NCBI GenBank assembly: GCA_023473795.1
Contig: JAMCYS010000129.1
Coordinates: 39,035 to 103,034 of the forward strand
Origin: Chloroflexota bacterium
GTDB lineage: Bacteria; Chloroflexota; UBA6077; FW602-bin22; JAMCYS01
Direction: 5' to 3'
Length of the DNA: 64,000 nucleotides
In this document: piece by piece, positions 41,589 to 51,654 of the stretch
How positions within the stretch are numbered: position 1 is the first letter of the stretch
Layout: each line of letters starts with the position of its first letter
Made by a program: the position numbers and the translations under genes
The notes under the pieces: generated by a model
What the model was told of the DNA's origin: nothing
The model's input: the letters and a program-made list of their open reading frames with translations, nothing else
Databases searched by the model: none

Positions 41589-42884
41589 CTAGCTCGTGAG
41601 CAGATCGGCCAGGCGGGCCCTTAGCTCCGCGACAGGAACCCGCACTTGCTGCATGCTGTCGCGGTCGCGGATCGTTACGGCGTCGTCGTTGAGAGTCTCA
41701 AAGTCGATTGTAACGCAAAGGGGCGTGCCAGTCTCGTCTTGCCGGCGGTAGCGCCGGCCGATGCTCTGGGCGTCGTCATAACTCGTGGCGAAATGCGGGC
41801 GGAGCGCTGCCCACACCTCCTTGGCCTTCAGCACCAAGGGCTCCTTGCGCGACAGCGGCAGAATCGCCACTTTGTAAGGCGCCAGCGCCTTGTGCAGGCG
41901 CAGCACCACGCGCGTGCCCTCCTTATCCGGCTCTTCGTCGTAGGCGTCCACGAGGAAGGCGAGCAACGAGCGGTCCACGCCCGCCGAGGGCTCGATGACG
42001 TAAGGCACGAAGCGCTCGCCGGACTCGTCGTCGAAGTAGTCCAGTTCCTGACCGCTGAACTCGGCGTGCCGCTTCAGATCGTAGTCGGTGCGGTTGGCAA
42101 TGCCCTCTAGCTCCGACCAGCCGAAGGGGAACTGGTACTCCACGTCGGTGGCCCCAGCGGCGTAGTGCGCCCGCTCTGTATCCTCGTGCAGGCGCAGGCG
42201 GAGGTTCTCACGCTTGAGGCCAAGACCAAGATACCAGTTCAGGCGCTGTGCTACCCAGCGTTCGTACCATTCCTCGTCCGTGCCGGGCTTGACGAAGTAC
42301 TCGATCTCCATCTGCTCGAACTCGCGGGTGCGAAAGATGAAGTTGCCCGGGGTGATCTCGTTGCGGAACGATTTGCCGATCTGGGCGATGCCGAAGGGCA
42401 GCTTACGCCGGGTGGTATTGAGCACGTTCTTGAAGTTGACGAAGATGCCCTGCGCCGTCTCCGGCCGGAAATAGGCCACCGCGGCCTCCTCCTCCACCGG
42501 GCCGACGAAGGTCTTGAACATCAGATTGAACATCCGCGCCTCGGTCAGCTCGCCGCCGCAGTTGGGGCAGACGGTGCCCTCGACGTGGTCGGCCCGGAAG
42601 CGCATTTTGCAGTTCTTGCAGTCAACCATCGGATCTGAGAAGTTCTGGACGTGACCCGAAGCCTCCCAGGTGCGAGGGTGCATAAGGATGGCCGCATCTA
42701 GACCGACGATGTCGTCCCGTGTGTACACATTGGCCTGCCACCAGGCCTCGCGTATGTTACGCTTCAACTCCACACCCAGGGGACCGTAGTCCCAGGTGCT
42801 GCCGAAGCCGCCGTAGATCTCGCTGCTGGGGAAGACGAAGCCGCGGCGCTTGCAGAGGGAAACGAGAGTGTCCATGCTGACCAT
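41589..42884 (-). CDS. glyQS: Glycine--tRNA ligase, alpha2 (eukaryote-like) type
   Basis: [31 protein letters not shown]-like [44 protein letters not shown], anticodon-binding [11 protein letters not shown]. Confidence 0.96.
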   Translation of the reverse strand: MVSMDTLVSLCKRRGFVFPSSEIYGGFGSTWDYGPLGVELKRNIREAWWQANVYTRDDIVGLDAAILMHPRTWEASGHVQNFSDPMVDCKNCKMRFRADHVEGTVCPNCGGELTEARMFNLMFKTFVGPVEEEAAVAYFRPETAQGIFVNFKNVLNTTRRKLPFGIAQIGKSFRNEITPGNFIFRTREFEQMEIEYFVKPGTDEEWYERWVAQRLNWYLGLGLKRENLRLRLHEDTERAHYAAGATDVEYQFPFGWSELEGIANRTDYDLKRHAEFSGQELDYFDDESGERFVPYVIEPSAGVDRSLLAFLVDAYDEEPDKEGTRVVLRLHKALAPYKVAILPLSRKEPLVLKAKEVWAALRPHFATSYDDAQSIGRRYRRQDETGTPLCVTIDFETLNDDAVTIRDRDSMQQVRVPVAELRARLADLLTS

Positions 42885-42994
42885 AGGGGCAACTCCTTCG
42901 CAGCAAAAAGCCTCGCCGTGCGCTTACCGCCAGGTGAGGCAGTGGTGCAAGCATATTCATCCGGCCCGTGCCGGCTGCACGGGCGCTGAAGAGA

Positions 42995-43024
42995 AGATTA
43001 GCACCTGTCCAGTGCGCATGTCAA
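42995..43024 (-). promoter_or_regulatory. Probable glyQS promoter
   Basis: Minus strand TTGACA-N18-TAATCT with TG extension. Confidence 0.45.
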
Positions 43025-43281
43025 ACCAGTGTATTGCCGTCCCAGAATTGTAACGAGCAGCATAGCGTGGCAATGTGCCCCGCCATTCCGTGCCGTTAGA
43101 GGCCAGGGCGGAGGGAGGCTTCCAGCTTGGATGAGTTACGTGACAGGGTGCGGTAAAGCGTGCCCCAAGTGCACTTGGTAGCAGACGTGGACCTGCGCGA
43201 CAAGGTGATACAGGCCTGGGCGCCTTCTCTCGCCCAAAACGGCTTTGGCAGCATCCGGGAGATCACACCTTGAGGTCGGAC

Positions 43282-44424
43282 CTAATGGGAATACACGCCA
43301 AACTCTCGAGCCGCGTCATACATTGCGACCACGTTGTCCGGCGGGACCTCAGCCTCTATGTGGTGAATCGGCGCAAAGACGAAACCGCCCCCCGGGGCCA
43401 AGTCGCTAAGGCGGCGTCGCACCTCCTCGCGCACCTGTTCAGGCGTGCCGAAGGGCAAGACGCCCTGGGAGTCGCAGCCTGCCCCCCAGAAGGAGACCCG
43501 GTCGCCAAACCGGCGCTTCAAGATCGCCGTGTCCATGCCGGCAGCGGCTACCTGAACGGGGTTCAGGATGTCGACCCCGATGTCGATAAGGTCGTCGATA
43601 GCCCAGGCGACCGAGCCGTCGGTGTGGAAGAACACCTTGGCGGCGGTGCCGCGTTTGAACGCGGCCATCATTCGCTCGTGGCGCGGCCTAACGATCTGGC
43701 GGTAGGTATGCGGTGCGATCATCGGCCCGTTCTGGTTGGATATATCGTCGCCCCAGCACACCACGTCCACCAGGTCGCCAACTTCTGCCAGCACGTGGTC
43801 CACCATCGCCACCATCGCCTCGGTGACCGCGTCCAATAGGGCAGCGGCAAAACGCGGGTCGGCAGCCAGGTCCATCAGCCAGTTAGTGTAGCCACGCAGC
43901 ATGTGGCACTGGTCGTAGGGGTAAAGCGAGAGGCTAAGCACCACACCGTAGTCACTCTCATCACGTAGGCATAGCGCCCGCTCGCGCAGGCCGACCAGGC
44001 GGGCGGGATCGTCGGGGTCGGGCCAGCGGTGTCGCGCCAGGTCCGCCGCTGAGACCACCTCGGCACGGAAGGGTGAATCGACGTCGTAGGCATGGCCATT
44101 TGCCGGCTTGTTCCAGACGACCCCCCACTCGTCCCGTTCGCCCTGCCAGGCCTCGTGCCAGGCCGCAGGCGTGCCGGCGCCGATGCCGCCCGGGCGGATG
44201 CCTCGCGCGTCCACGTCAAACCGTTGCAGCACCGCCTCCTCCACGACCGCCACTTGGCCCAGGCGGTGCAGAGCCAGAGTCGGGGTGGCGAGGCCGAGAC
44301 GCTTCTTCAGCCCATCGTAGGTCTGGACGTTGATCGAGCAGGCCAGCGCCGCCCCCAGGTCGAGCGGCACGCGGTCGGGTTCGCGATGCTGGAGCGCGGC
44401 CAGGAGGCGCTCGCGGTGCCTCAC
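43282..44424 (-). CDS. Uroporphyrinogen decarboxylase / MtaA-CmuA superfamily protein
   Basis: HREPDRVPLDLG, WGDDISNQNGPMI, FFHTDG, ILNPVQ, LAPGGGFVFAPIHHI. Confidence 0.85.
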   Translation of the reverse strand: MRHRERLLAALQHREPDRVPLDLGAALACSINVQTYDGLKKRLGLATPTLALHRLGQVAVVEEAVLQRFDVDARGIRPGGIGAGTPAAWHEAWQGERDEWGVVWNKPANGHAYDVDSPFRAEVVSAADLARHRWPDPDDPARLVGLRERALCLRDESDYGVVLSLSLYPYDQCHMLRGYTNWLMDLAADPRFAAALLDAVTEAMVAMVDHVLAEVGDLVDVVCWGDDISNQNGPMIAPHTYRQIVRPRHERMMAAFKRGTAAKVFFHTDGSVAWAIDDLIDIGVDILNPVQVAAAGMDTAILKRRFGDRVSFWGAGCDSQGVLPFGTPEQVREEVRRRLSDLAPGGGFVFAPIHHIEAEVPPDNVVAMYDAAREFGVYSH

Positions 44425-44447
44425 GCTTTCACCTCCGCAGGAGCGAT

Positions 44448-45275
44448 CTACTTGACGGCGCCGCCCACCAGACCGCGCACAATGCCCCTTTGCGCCACTA
44501 CGGTGAAGACTAGGACGGGCGCCACCACCAGCACCCCGGCTGCAGCTAGCTTGCCCCAGTTAGGACCCTCGAAGGTAACAAAGCCCGTAATCATAACGGG
44601 CGAGGTGATGGTATTGCGCCCGCCGAGGATAAGCGGGTAGAAATACTGGTTCCAGGACATCATCAGGGAGAAGATGGCTGCAGTCGCCAGGCCGGGCGTG
44701 GACACGGGCAGCACTACTCTGAGCAGCGCACCCAGGCGAGTGCAACCGTCGATCAGCGCCGCCTCCTCCAGCTCCACCGGCACTCCCTCGAAAAAGCCGG
44801 TCATAATCCAAACGACGAAGGGCATCGTGATGGTCAGGTAGGCGATGGTGAGGCCGAGGTAGTTGTCCACCAGACCAACGGAGCGGAAGAGCACGTATAG
44901 GGGTATGGCGAAGGCCACGGGCGGTGCCAACCGGGAAAGAAGAATCCAGGCCCCCATGAACGACTTCCCCCGGAAGTTGGCGCGGACCATGGCATAGGCA
45001 GCGGGCACGCCGAGGATGAGCGAGACCATTGTGCAGAGGATGCCGACGAGGGTGTTGTTGAAGTAGCTCTTGAGAAAGCCCGCCTCGAGCACTTGACCAT
45101 AGTTGTCGAGCGTCGGGATGAAGATCCAGGTCGGTGGCAGCGCGAAGGCATCGATGGGCTTCTTGAGCGAGGTGGTGATCAGCCAGAAGAATGGGAAAAA
45201 AGTGAAAGCCAACGCCGCGGCAACGATGATGGCGCAGAGCCACGCCACCAAGCGCCTGCGTTGTCTATAACCCAT
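44448..45275 (-). CDS. Carbohydrate ABC transporter permease (MalG-like)
   Basis: FPFFWLITTSLK, PTLDNY, EAA motif ELEEAALIDGCTRL, MSWNQY. Confidence 0.92.
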   Translation of the reverse strand: MGYRQRRRLVAWLCAIIVAAALAFTFFPFFWLITTSLKKPIDAFALPPTWIFIPTLDNYGQVLEAGFLKSYFNNTLVGILCTMVSLILGVPAAYAMVRANFRGKSFMGAWILLSRLAPPVAFAIPLYVLFRSVGLVDNYLGLTIAYLTITMPFVVWIMTGFFEGVPVELEEAALIDGCTRLGALLRVVLPVSTPGLATAAIFSLMMSWNQYFYPLILGGRNTITSPVMITGFVTFEGPNWGKLAAAGVLVVAPVLVFTVVAQRGIVRGLVGGAVK

Positions 45276-45285
45276 CGTCGTCTCG

Positions 45286-46242
45286 CTAGACCCGGCCCGC
45301 GCCCAGCCAGCGGATGCTGGCGAACGCGATGGTCAGCATCAGGAACACCATCACCACCGACATCACGGCGGCGTCGGCCAGGCGCAAAAAGTAGAAGCCG
45401 GTGTTGAAGGCGAGGAAGTTGAGGGTAGTAGTCACCTCCCCCGGCCCGCCGCCCGTCATGATCAAGATCGACTCGAACTTAACGAACGCGTCGACGGCGC
45501 GAAACATGATCGCCAGCGCCAGCACCGGCCGCAGCATCGGCAAGGTGATTCGCCAGAAAGTCTGCAAGGCCGACGCGCCGTCGACCACCGCCGCCTCGAA
45601 GGGTTCTTCGGGCAGGGAGAGCAGGCCGGCGAGGACGATGGTGGCGACGAAGGGCGTGGCCACCCAGATGTCGGCCACCACTAGCGCCCACATGGCCAGA
45701 GCAGGATCGCCCAGCCAATCCTGCGTCGGCAGCCCCAGCAGACCGAGGAAGTAGTTAACGTAACCGAAACGGGTGTTGTAGAGCATGCGCCACGTTAGCG
45801 CCACTACGACCGGGGTGGTCATGAGCGGCACCAGGAAGAGCGAGCGTACCACCCTGACACCCCGGAACTGACGCGCCAGCAGGAGTGCCAGCCCCACCCC
45901 TAACACCGTTTCGGTGGCCACGCAGGCGGCGACGAGGTAGAACGTATTGAACAGCGCGTTGCGGGTGGCCGGGTCGGAGAGGACTATCTGGTACGTCTCG
46001 AGGCCCACGAACGTGTCGCTGTTCGGCTTGGCGAGGTTGTAGCCAGTGAAGCTGAACCAGAGCGCCGTGAGAAACGGTACGACAGTAACCAAGAACAGCA
46101 CCAGAAAGGCCGGCAGGAAGAGCAGCAACATAATATGACGGTCGATAAACTGCGAGACGGTTTCCCTTGCACCCGCCTGCCCCTCGCGCCCTGCCTGACT
46201 GTCCAATTTATCGGCTCGTGCCTCCAAGGCCAAGCGCACCAC
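45286..46242 (-). CDS. Carbohydrate ABC transporter permease (MalF-like)
   Basis: FVGLETY, EAA motif FEAAVVDGASALQTFWRITLPML, TGGGPG. Confidence 0.92.
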   Translation of the reverse strand: MVRLALEARADKLDSQAGREGQAGARETVSQFIDRHIMLLLFLPAFLVLFLVTVVPFLTALWFSFTGYNLAKPNSDTFVGLETYQIVLSDPATRNALFNTFYLVAACVATETVLGVGLALLLARQFRGVRVVRSLFLVPLMTTPVVVALTWRMLYNTRFGYVNYFLGLLGLPTQDWLGDPALAMWALVVADIWVATPFVATIVLAGLLSLPEEPFEAAVVDGASALQTFWRITLPMLRPVLALAIMFRAVDAFVKFESILIMTGGGPGEVTTTLNFLAFNTGFYFLRLADAAVMSVVMVFLMLTIAFASIRWLGAGRV

Positions 46243-46301
46243 GTACGCCCTCCCCCGTTAGACAGGGCAGGGGTGAGGCTTCCGCAGTGCCCAATGCCAA
46301 T

Positions 46302-46340
46302 CGGGAGACCCTCACCCTAGCCCTCCATCATGGAGAGAAC
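46302..46340. repeat. Dispersed CCCTCACCCT REP-like element, copy 2
   Basis: cgggagaccctcaccctagccctccatcatggagag, similar to 6807-6843. Confidence 0.45.
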
Positions 46341-46351
46341 AGATTCGCTCT

Positions 46352-47827
46352 CTACTTGATGTAGCCGTCCCTCTTCATTATCGCCAGTACCTTGTCGTCG
46401 ACTTCCTTCATGGCATCCGCGGCGCTGGCCTGGCCGGTGAGCGCCTTGGAGAGGCCCACCGACACGATATCGTTGATCTCCGCTTGCTGGGGGATAAGCG
46501 GTTTGTAAGATGGGTCGGCTACCGACATGGCCTTCTCCAGGGCGGCGACGAACTCGGCCGACTGCTTCTTCTTCATCGTGTCACCCAGCAGCAGGGAACG
46601 GCGCGTGGGAAGGGTGTAGCCACGCTCCACCATATTCTTCTGCGTCTCCAAGCCGGTGCCCCACTTGATGAATTCCCAGGCGGGGTCCTTCTTCTTGGTG
46701 TATACATTCATGATGAAACCCCAGGGGGCCACAGCACCGTACTTCGTGTCACCCGGGGGCCCCTCGACGACCGCGTAGCCGGTCTTGCCGACCACCTTGG
46801 ACTGGGCGGGGTCCTCTACCTGGGCCGCGAAGACCGGGTCGTCCAGCCACATCGCCACAGTGCCCTGCTGGAAGTCTGCCAGGCACTCGTTCCAGCCGTA
46901 GGAGGCCACGCCCTTGGGTCCGTACTCGCGCAGGAGGTTAACCCAGCGGTCGACAGCGGCCACTGCCTCCTTGCCGCCGAACTGCGGCTCCCACTTCTCG
47001 TTGAACCAGTTGCCGCGGATGTTGTCGTACCACTTTGCGCCAGAGATCTTCCAGATGAAGATCCAGGGGTAGACGTTCGTGCCCGCCTCGCGGCGCCCGC
47101 GGAGAACGAAGCCCGCCTGGCCCAGCTTGGTGAGCTTCTTGGCGTACTCCTCCAGCTCGGCCAGGTTCTTGGGGGATCGGTCGAGCCCGGCAGCCTTGAA
47201 CATGTCCTTGTTGTAGAAGAGCACCGTGCCCCCGCCCATTAGCGGAATGCCCCACTGCTTGCCATCGAAGTTGAAGGCTGACAGGATCGACGGGATGAGA
47301 TCTTCGTGCTGGAACTCCTTGTCCTCGGCCTTGGCCTTGGCGATGTAGACGTCGAGCGGCTCGACGCTGTTGGCCTTGGTCAGCTCCGGCATGAAGTTGC
47401 CGCGAAAGAAGAACACGTCATACTCGTCGCTTTTAGCGGCGAGGACAGTCCGCACCTTGGGCATCTGCGCCGACTCGGGCAGGAAGTCGACATTGGCCTG
47501 GATGCCGGTCTTCTTCTCGAAGTTGGGCAGCTCGGTCTTGAAGTTCACGTCCCAGTTGGCGCCCGTAAGGTGCAGCACGCTGATCTTCTGCCCGGCATAA
47601 GGCTTGGCGGCCGGCGCCTGGGTGGCGGCAGGGGCCGGGGCGGGCGTGGCGGCTGGAGCGGGCGGCGCGGCCGTGGCCGCCGGCTTAGCCGCCTGCGTCG
47701 CCGCCGGCGCCGGCGCCGCCGTGGGCGAGGGCGCGGCAGCGGGAGCGCAGGCAGCCAACACGCCGACGCTCCCCACCGCCAACGCTTGCAACAGGTTCCG
47801 CCTCGTGATCCTTGCTGATGTGTACAC
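46352..47827 (-). CDS. Sugar ABC transporter substrate-binding lipoprotein (Tat signal, Pro/Ala linker)
   Basis: Start GTG 47827 after GAAGGAGG. ITRRNLL twin-Arg, LAAC lipobox, APTAAP-type linker, LFYNKDMFKAAG. Confidence 0.9.
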   Translation of the reverse strand: MYTSARITRRNLLQALAVGSVGVLAACAPAAAPSPTAAPAPAATQAAKPAATAAPPAPAATPAPAPAATQAPAAKPYAGQKISVLHLTGANWDVNFKTELPNFEKKTGIQANVDFLPESAQMPKVRTVLAAKSDEYDVFFFRGNFMPELTKANSVEPLDVYIAKAKAEDKEFQHEDLIPSILSAFNFDGKQWGIPLMGGGTVLFYNKDMFKAAGLDRSPKNLAELEEYAKKLTKLGQAGFVLRGRREAGTNVYPWIFIWKISGAKWYDNIRGNWFNEKWEPQFGGKEAVAAVDRWVNLLREYGPKGVASYGWNECLADFQQGTVAMWLDDPVFAAQVEDPAQSKVVGKTGYAVVEGPPGDTKYGAVAPWGFIMNVYTKKKDPAWEFIKWGTGLETQKNMVERGYTLPTRRSLLLGDTMKKKQSAEFVAALEKAMSVADPSYKPLIPQQAEINDIVSVGLSKALTGQASAADAMKEVDDKVLAIMKRDGYIK

Positions 47828-47933
47828 GTCACCCTCCTTCTTCAATTGGTTCCGTACTTGACTGTTATGGAGAACGCCACAACAGGCGCGATACGGGCAA
47901 GACAGGCCCAGCCGGTCCCCTAGACAGGCAAAG

Positions 47934-48629
47934 TTAGGATACACCTGCCGGCGACGAGCCAACGGCGGCAAACGAGGCGATGACCTGACGAACGTGCTCA
48001 CTTAGAGCGACCTTGGCTCCGGCGACGTCTCTGGCCCCCAAGGCAGCCATAATGGCGCGATGCTCACCCAAGGTCGGCAGGGCCCGCCGGTGGCCCAGCT
48101 CGGCCAAGAAATGCATGCGCGCGGCGTAGGAATGGACGCGTAGACTGAGATAGATGTCTGCAAGCCGCCGGTTGCCGGAGATGCCGACGACCTGGGCATG
48201 GAACTCGGCGTCGAGGCGCATAAAGGCGGAGTAGTCCAAGTAGCGCCCCTCAGGATCGACCAGTTGCTCCATGCCGACCACCAGCCCGCGCAACCGCTCG
48301 AGCGAGACGGCGTCGAGAGAGGTCAATCCCTTGTCTAGAGCCGCACATTCCACCAGCAGTCCAGCCTCCAGCACCTCGGTGAGATCGTGCGCGCTCAGAT
48401 AGCAAACGAAATAGCCCTTGCGCGGTACGTCTTCAACGAGCCCCTCGCCAGACAGCCTATTCAGGGCATCCTTCACTGGACTGCGGCTAACGCCAAGCCG
48501 CCCGGCAAGATCAACGACGGTCAGTCGTAGCCCCGGGGCGAGCTCACCCTTGACAATCGCCTCTCTAATGACCTCGTAGGTCCGGTAGCTGAGGTCCGGG
48601 TGGTCGGTGAGCGACACCATGCTAGCCAT
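47934..48629 (-). CDS. GntR/FadR-family transcriptional regulator (FCD domain)
   Basis: IREAIVKGELAPGLRL, LAGRLGVSRSPVKDALNRL HTH, LDAEFH, EHRAIM. Confidence 0.93.
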   Translation of the reverse strand: MASMVSLTDHPDLSYRTYEVIREAIVKGELAPGLRLTVVDLAGRLGVSRSPVKDALNRLSGEGLVEDVPRKGYFVCYLSAHDLTEVLEAGLLVECAALDKGLTSLDAVSLERLRGLVVGMEQLVDPEGRYLDYSAFMRLDAEFHAQVVGISGNRRLADIYLSLRVHSYAARMHFLAELGHRRALPTLGEHRAIMAALGARDVAGAKVALSEHVRQVIASFAAVGSSPAGVS

Positions 48630-48652
48630 TTGCTAGCTCCACGCAGTAGATG

Positions 48653-48709
48653 CATTCAGCAGTCATCATTCAGCATTCCAATGCTACCAGGGGCTAGGGG
48701 GATTGTCAA
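48653..48709 (-). promoter_or_regulatory. GntR-operon promoter with candidate operator repeats
   Basis: Minus strand TTGACA-N17-TAGCAT. Direct repeats CATTCAGCA at 48653-48661 and 48667-48675, with a partial third copy, overlap the predicted start site. Confidence 0.6.
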
Positions 48710-48934
48710 GCACTTGAGCTACGTACTGAGATTGCACCATAAGGGTAGGGGTTAAGAGGGGCAGGCGACTCTACAGGAAACGGCCTCCCGATTATGGTAG
48801 GTGCTGCCGCCCAGGCAACTCCTATTCAGTGCGAGGAGGTGTAGACACGACAATCTGCTTCGTCAACGTATTCAACCCGTCACAGGCGATCGCGTCCAGT
48901 GCAGGATGAGAAGCGGTGTACGTCCTCACAGGAG

Positions 48935-51442
48935 CTACCGCTGCAGGCTATCCACCAGGGAGGCGTACTTGTCCATCAGGGCTCGCGAGCCCTCCGGGGA
49001 GCGGGCCTCGGTGATGATGTGGAAGAGCGGCCGGTCGGGGTCGGGCAACACCAGCACCCACTCCTCCCCCATGGCGATGCGCACGCCGTCGATTTGATGC
49101 ACACCCGCCGAACGGTACTGCTGGTTCAGCAGGCGCATCACCTGGCCCTTGATCTCCCAGGGGCAGGGCACACGGGTGCGCGACATATGGTACTGCGGCA
49201 CCTCGGCCACTACGTCCTCGAACTTGACGTCGTAGCTCGCCAGCAGCTCCATCACCTTGGCCACGGTGAACAGGCCGTCCATCACCGGCTGGAAGCGGGG
49301 GAAGATCACGCCACCCTCGCCGTCGCCCGCCAGGAGCAGGTCATCGCGGTTGGCGGCAGCGCTCATCAAGGCCTGCCAGGTGTTGCGCGTTCGCAGCACG
49401 CTGCCACCGTGCTTCTCCGCCAACTTGTCGAAAAGGTTGGGCGCCGTCACCGGCACGGCCAAGGCGCCCCCGGGGTTGCGACGCAGGATCAACTCCGCCA
49501 GCGCCCCCAGGGCTCGCCAACCCGGCACCACCTCGCCGCGGCCGGTAACCAAGAAGACTTTTTCGCCGCCCACGTCGAGACGCACGCCGAGCGTGCTGTG
49601 CAGTCCGCCAGCGATCACCGCCAGCTGGTGCATGGCGGCGTCGAATTCCTCCGTCGTTCGCGAAAGCTTGGTCTCGTCGATGCTGCCGTTGAGCGCCACC
49701 ACGTCTAGCCCCAGCTCGTTGAGCAGGGGCGGCAGAATGACAGAGCCGGTCGAATGGGCATAGTCGAGCACGATGTTGAGTCGGTCAGCATCCTCGCGCA
49801 CGGCGGCGACGTCGAGCGCCGCCAGGAAATCCTGGCTATAGCATTCGCTGAGCTGCGGCCGCTCCGAGATCATCCCTACCTCGTCGAGGTAGGCCCGGCG
49901 ATAGTCCTCGCGGAAGAAGGTGTTTTCGATCTTGCGTTCGTCCGTCTTGTCGATGTCCAGACCCCGCGAGTCGAAGAACTTGATATCGACCACCCGGTTG
50001 TCGTAGGGCGAAAGGCGGACGTGGACGCCACCCACGGCGTCGGTGACGCGCGTGATGTAGCGGGCCACGGGGATCGGCATGCTTCTTATGTCCACTACAT
50101 TCATACCCGCGGAGGGCAGGCCGGCGATCATCGCGCGCTTGATCATGCGCGGGGTGCGGTGCGGATCGCGATTCATCGTGACCGAGCCACCCTTGGGCAA
50201 CGTGGCGCCGTAGGCGGCGCCCAGGCGGGCCCCGAACTCCGGCGTGATGTCGATATTGGCCAGCCCGGTTATGCCCCAGCGGCCGAAGAGCGCCCGCCGT
50301 CCCTGGTGCCCCCAGATGATGCTGCTGGAGACCGTGGCGCCGGTCTCCACTTCTTTGTTCGGCCAGATCTTGACCTGAGGCTGGACGATTGCGCCCTCGT
50401 GGACAACGGTGTTGTCGCCGATCACGGCGCCCTCGAATATGAGCACCCGGCTCTTGATACTGCACTGGCGGCAAATGATGGCGCCGCGGACCTCCGAGCG
50501 CTCCCCCAGGTACGAGTTGCGCCAGATCACGCTGCGGTCGACGTGAGCGTGGCTGTCGACCAAGGCGTACTCACGGATGACACTGGGCCCGTGGACAACG
50601 ACTCCGCCCTTGATCTTACACCCCTGGCCAAGGAAGACCGGCCCATAGAGCTGGGCGTCGGGGGCAATCTCGACGTCGCCCTCGGTGTAGATGCCGCCGC
50701 CAAGGTGCTTGCCGATAGACTCCACGTTCACCTTGCCGTTGAGCACGTCGGCGTTGGCGCGCATATACTCGCCTATGTTGCCCACGTCACACCAGTAGCC
50801 GTCGGCCACGTAGCCGAAGAGTGCGTCGCCCTTGCGCAGCATCGCCGGGAAGACGTCCTGGCTGAAGTCGACCTGCTTACCCTCGGGAATGTAGTCGAAG
50901 ACTTTGGGGTCGAGCACGTAAATGCCGGTATTGACGGTGTCAGAGAAGACTTCTCCCCAGCTGGGTTTCTCCAGGAACTGGCGGATGCGGCTTTCGTCGT
51001 CGATGATGATCACGCCGTATTCCAGCGGATTGGGCACGCGATAGAGAGTCAGGGTAGCGGCGGCCTGTTTCCGTAGGTGAAAGCCGATGATCGCTTCCAG
51101 ATTGATGTCGGTCATCGCGTCGGCGCTGATTACCAGGAAGGGCTCCTGCAGCTGGGCCTCGGCCGCCTTGACGCTGCCCGCCGTGCCCAGAGGCGTCTCC
51201 TCCACCGAGTAGGTGATCTGGAGACCGAAGGCGCTGCCGTCGCCGAAGTGGTTCTGGATGACCGAGGCCAGGTATTGGACGGTGACTACTACCTCGGTGA
51301 TGCCGTGCTTCTTCAGTAGATCGAGCACGTGCTCCATTACCGGCTTGTTGACGATAGGCACCATAGGCTTAGGCCGCTGAATGGTCAAGGGACGCAGACG
51401 CGAACCTTCCCCACCCGCCATAACCACGGCTTTCATATTCAT
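48935..51442 (-). CDS. Mannose-1-phosphate guanylyltransferase fused to left-handed beta-helix and phosphomannomutase-like domains
   Basis: [40 protein letters not shown], hexapeptide repeats, C-terminal PGM/PMM-fold region. Confidence 0.9.
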   Translation of the reverse strand: MNMKAVVMAGGEGSRLRPLTIQRPKPMVPIVNKPVMEHVLDLLKKHGITEVVVTVQYLASVIQNHFGDGSAFGLQITYSVEETPLGTAGSVKAAEAQLQEPFLVISADAMTDINLEAIIGFHLRKQAAATLTLYRVPNPLEYGVIIIDDESRIRQFLEKPSWGEVFSDTVNTGIYVLDPKVFDYIPEGKQVDFSQDVFPAMLRKGDALFGYVADGYWCDVGNIGEYMRANADVLNGKVNVESIGKHLGGGIYTEGDVEIAPDAQLYGPVFLGQGCKIKGGVVVHGPSVIREYALVDSHAHVDRSVIWRNSYLGERSEVRGAIICRQCSIKSRVLIFEGAVIGDNTVVHEGAIVQPQVKIWPNKEVETGATVSSSIIWGHQGRRALFGRWGITGLANIDITPEFGARLGAAYGATLPKGGSVTMNRDPHRTPRMIKRAMIAGLPSAGMNVVDIRSMPIPVARYITRVTDAVGGVHVRLSPYDNRVVDIKFFDSRGLDIDKTDERKIENTFFREDYRRAYLDEVGMISERPQLSECYSQDFLAALDVAAVREDADRLNIVLDYAHSTGSVILPPLLNELGLDVVALNGSIDETKLSRTTEEFDAAMHQLAVIAGGLHSTLGVRLDVGGEKVFLVTGRGEVVPGWRALGALAELILRRNPGGALAVPVTAPNLFDKLAEKHGGSVLRTRNTWQALMSAAANRDDLLLAGDGEGGVIFPRFQPVMDGLFTVAKVMELLASYDVKFEDVVAEVPQYHMSRTRVPCPWEIKGQVMRLLNQQYRSAGVHQIDGVRIAMGEEWVLVLPDPDRPLFHIITEARSPEGSRALMDKYASLVDSLQR

Positions 51443-51654
51443 CTTGCCTCCCTATCCGCGCCCTCTGCGGTTCGCTCCAAACTCGGCACGAAGGGGGCTC
51501 TGCCTTGCCAGGGCGGGGTACGGCGCCGCGGCGAGGCAGCGCTGCCTACGCCCGGGTGAGCGGAATCAGCGCAGGCCGGCGCTAGCCGGACGTGCGCGCC
51601 AAAGCTCCCTAGGAAGATTGTAAGTCATGGCCGCAGTGGGTGCAACAGAATCGG

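Larger units (their letters stand above)
40624..42497. repeat. Tandem direct duplication, 2 x 937 bp (40624-41560 and 41561-42497)
   Basis: Identical ORF translations at a 937-bp offset (40709/41646, 41277/42214) and identical sequence wherever compared by eye. Confidence 0.95.

Noticed and set aside
43080-43275. Short plus-strand ORFs (MSYVTGCGKACPKCTW; MDLRDKVIQ...) in the glyQS/URO-D gap
   Set aside because: Poor RBS spacing, no recognisable family and no supporting context.
47590-47760. GC-rich short repeats in the SBP genes (also 60740-60900) as CRISPR or VNTR
   Set aside because: They encode Pro/Ala/Thr linkers after the lipobox. There is no repeat-spacer periodicity and no cas genes.
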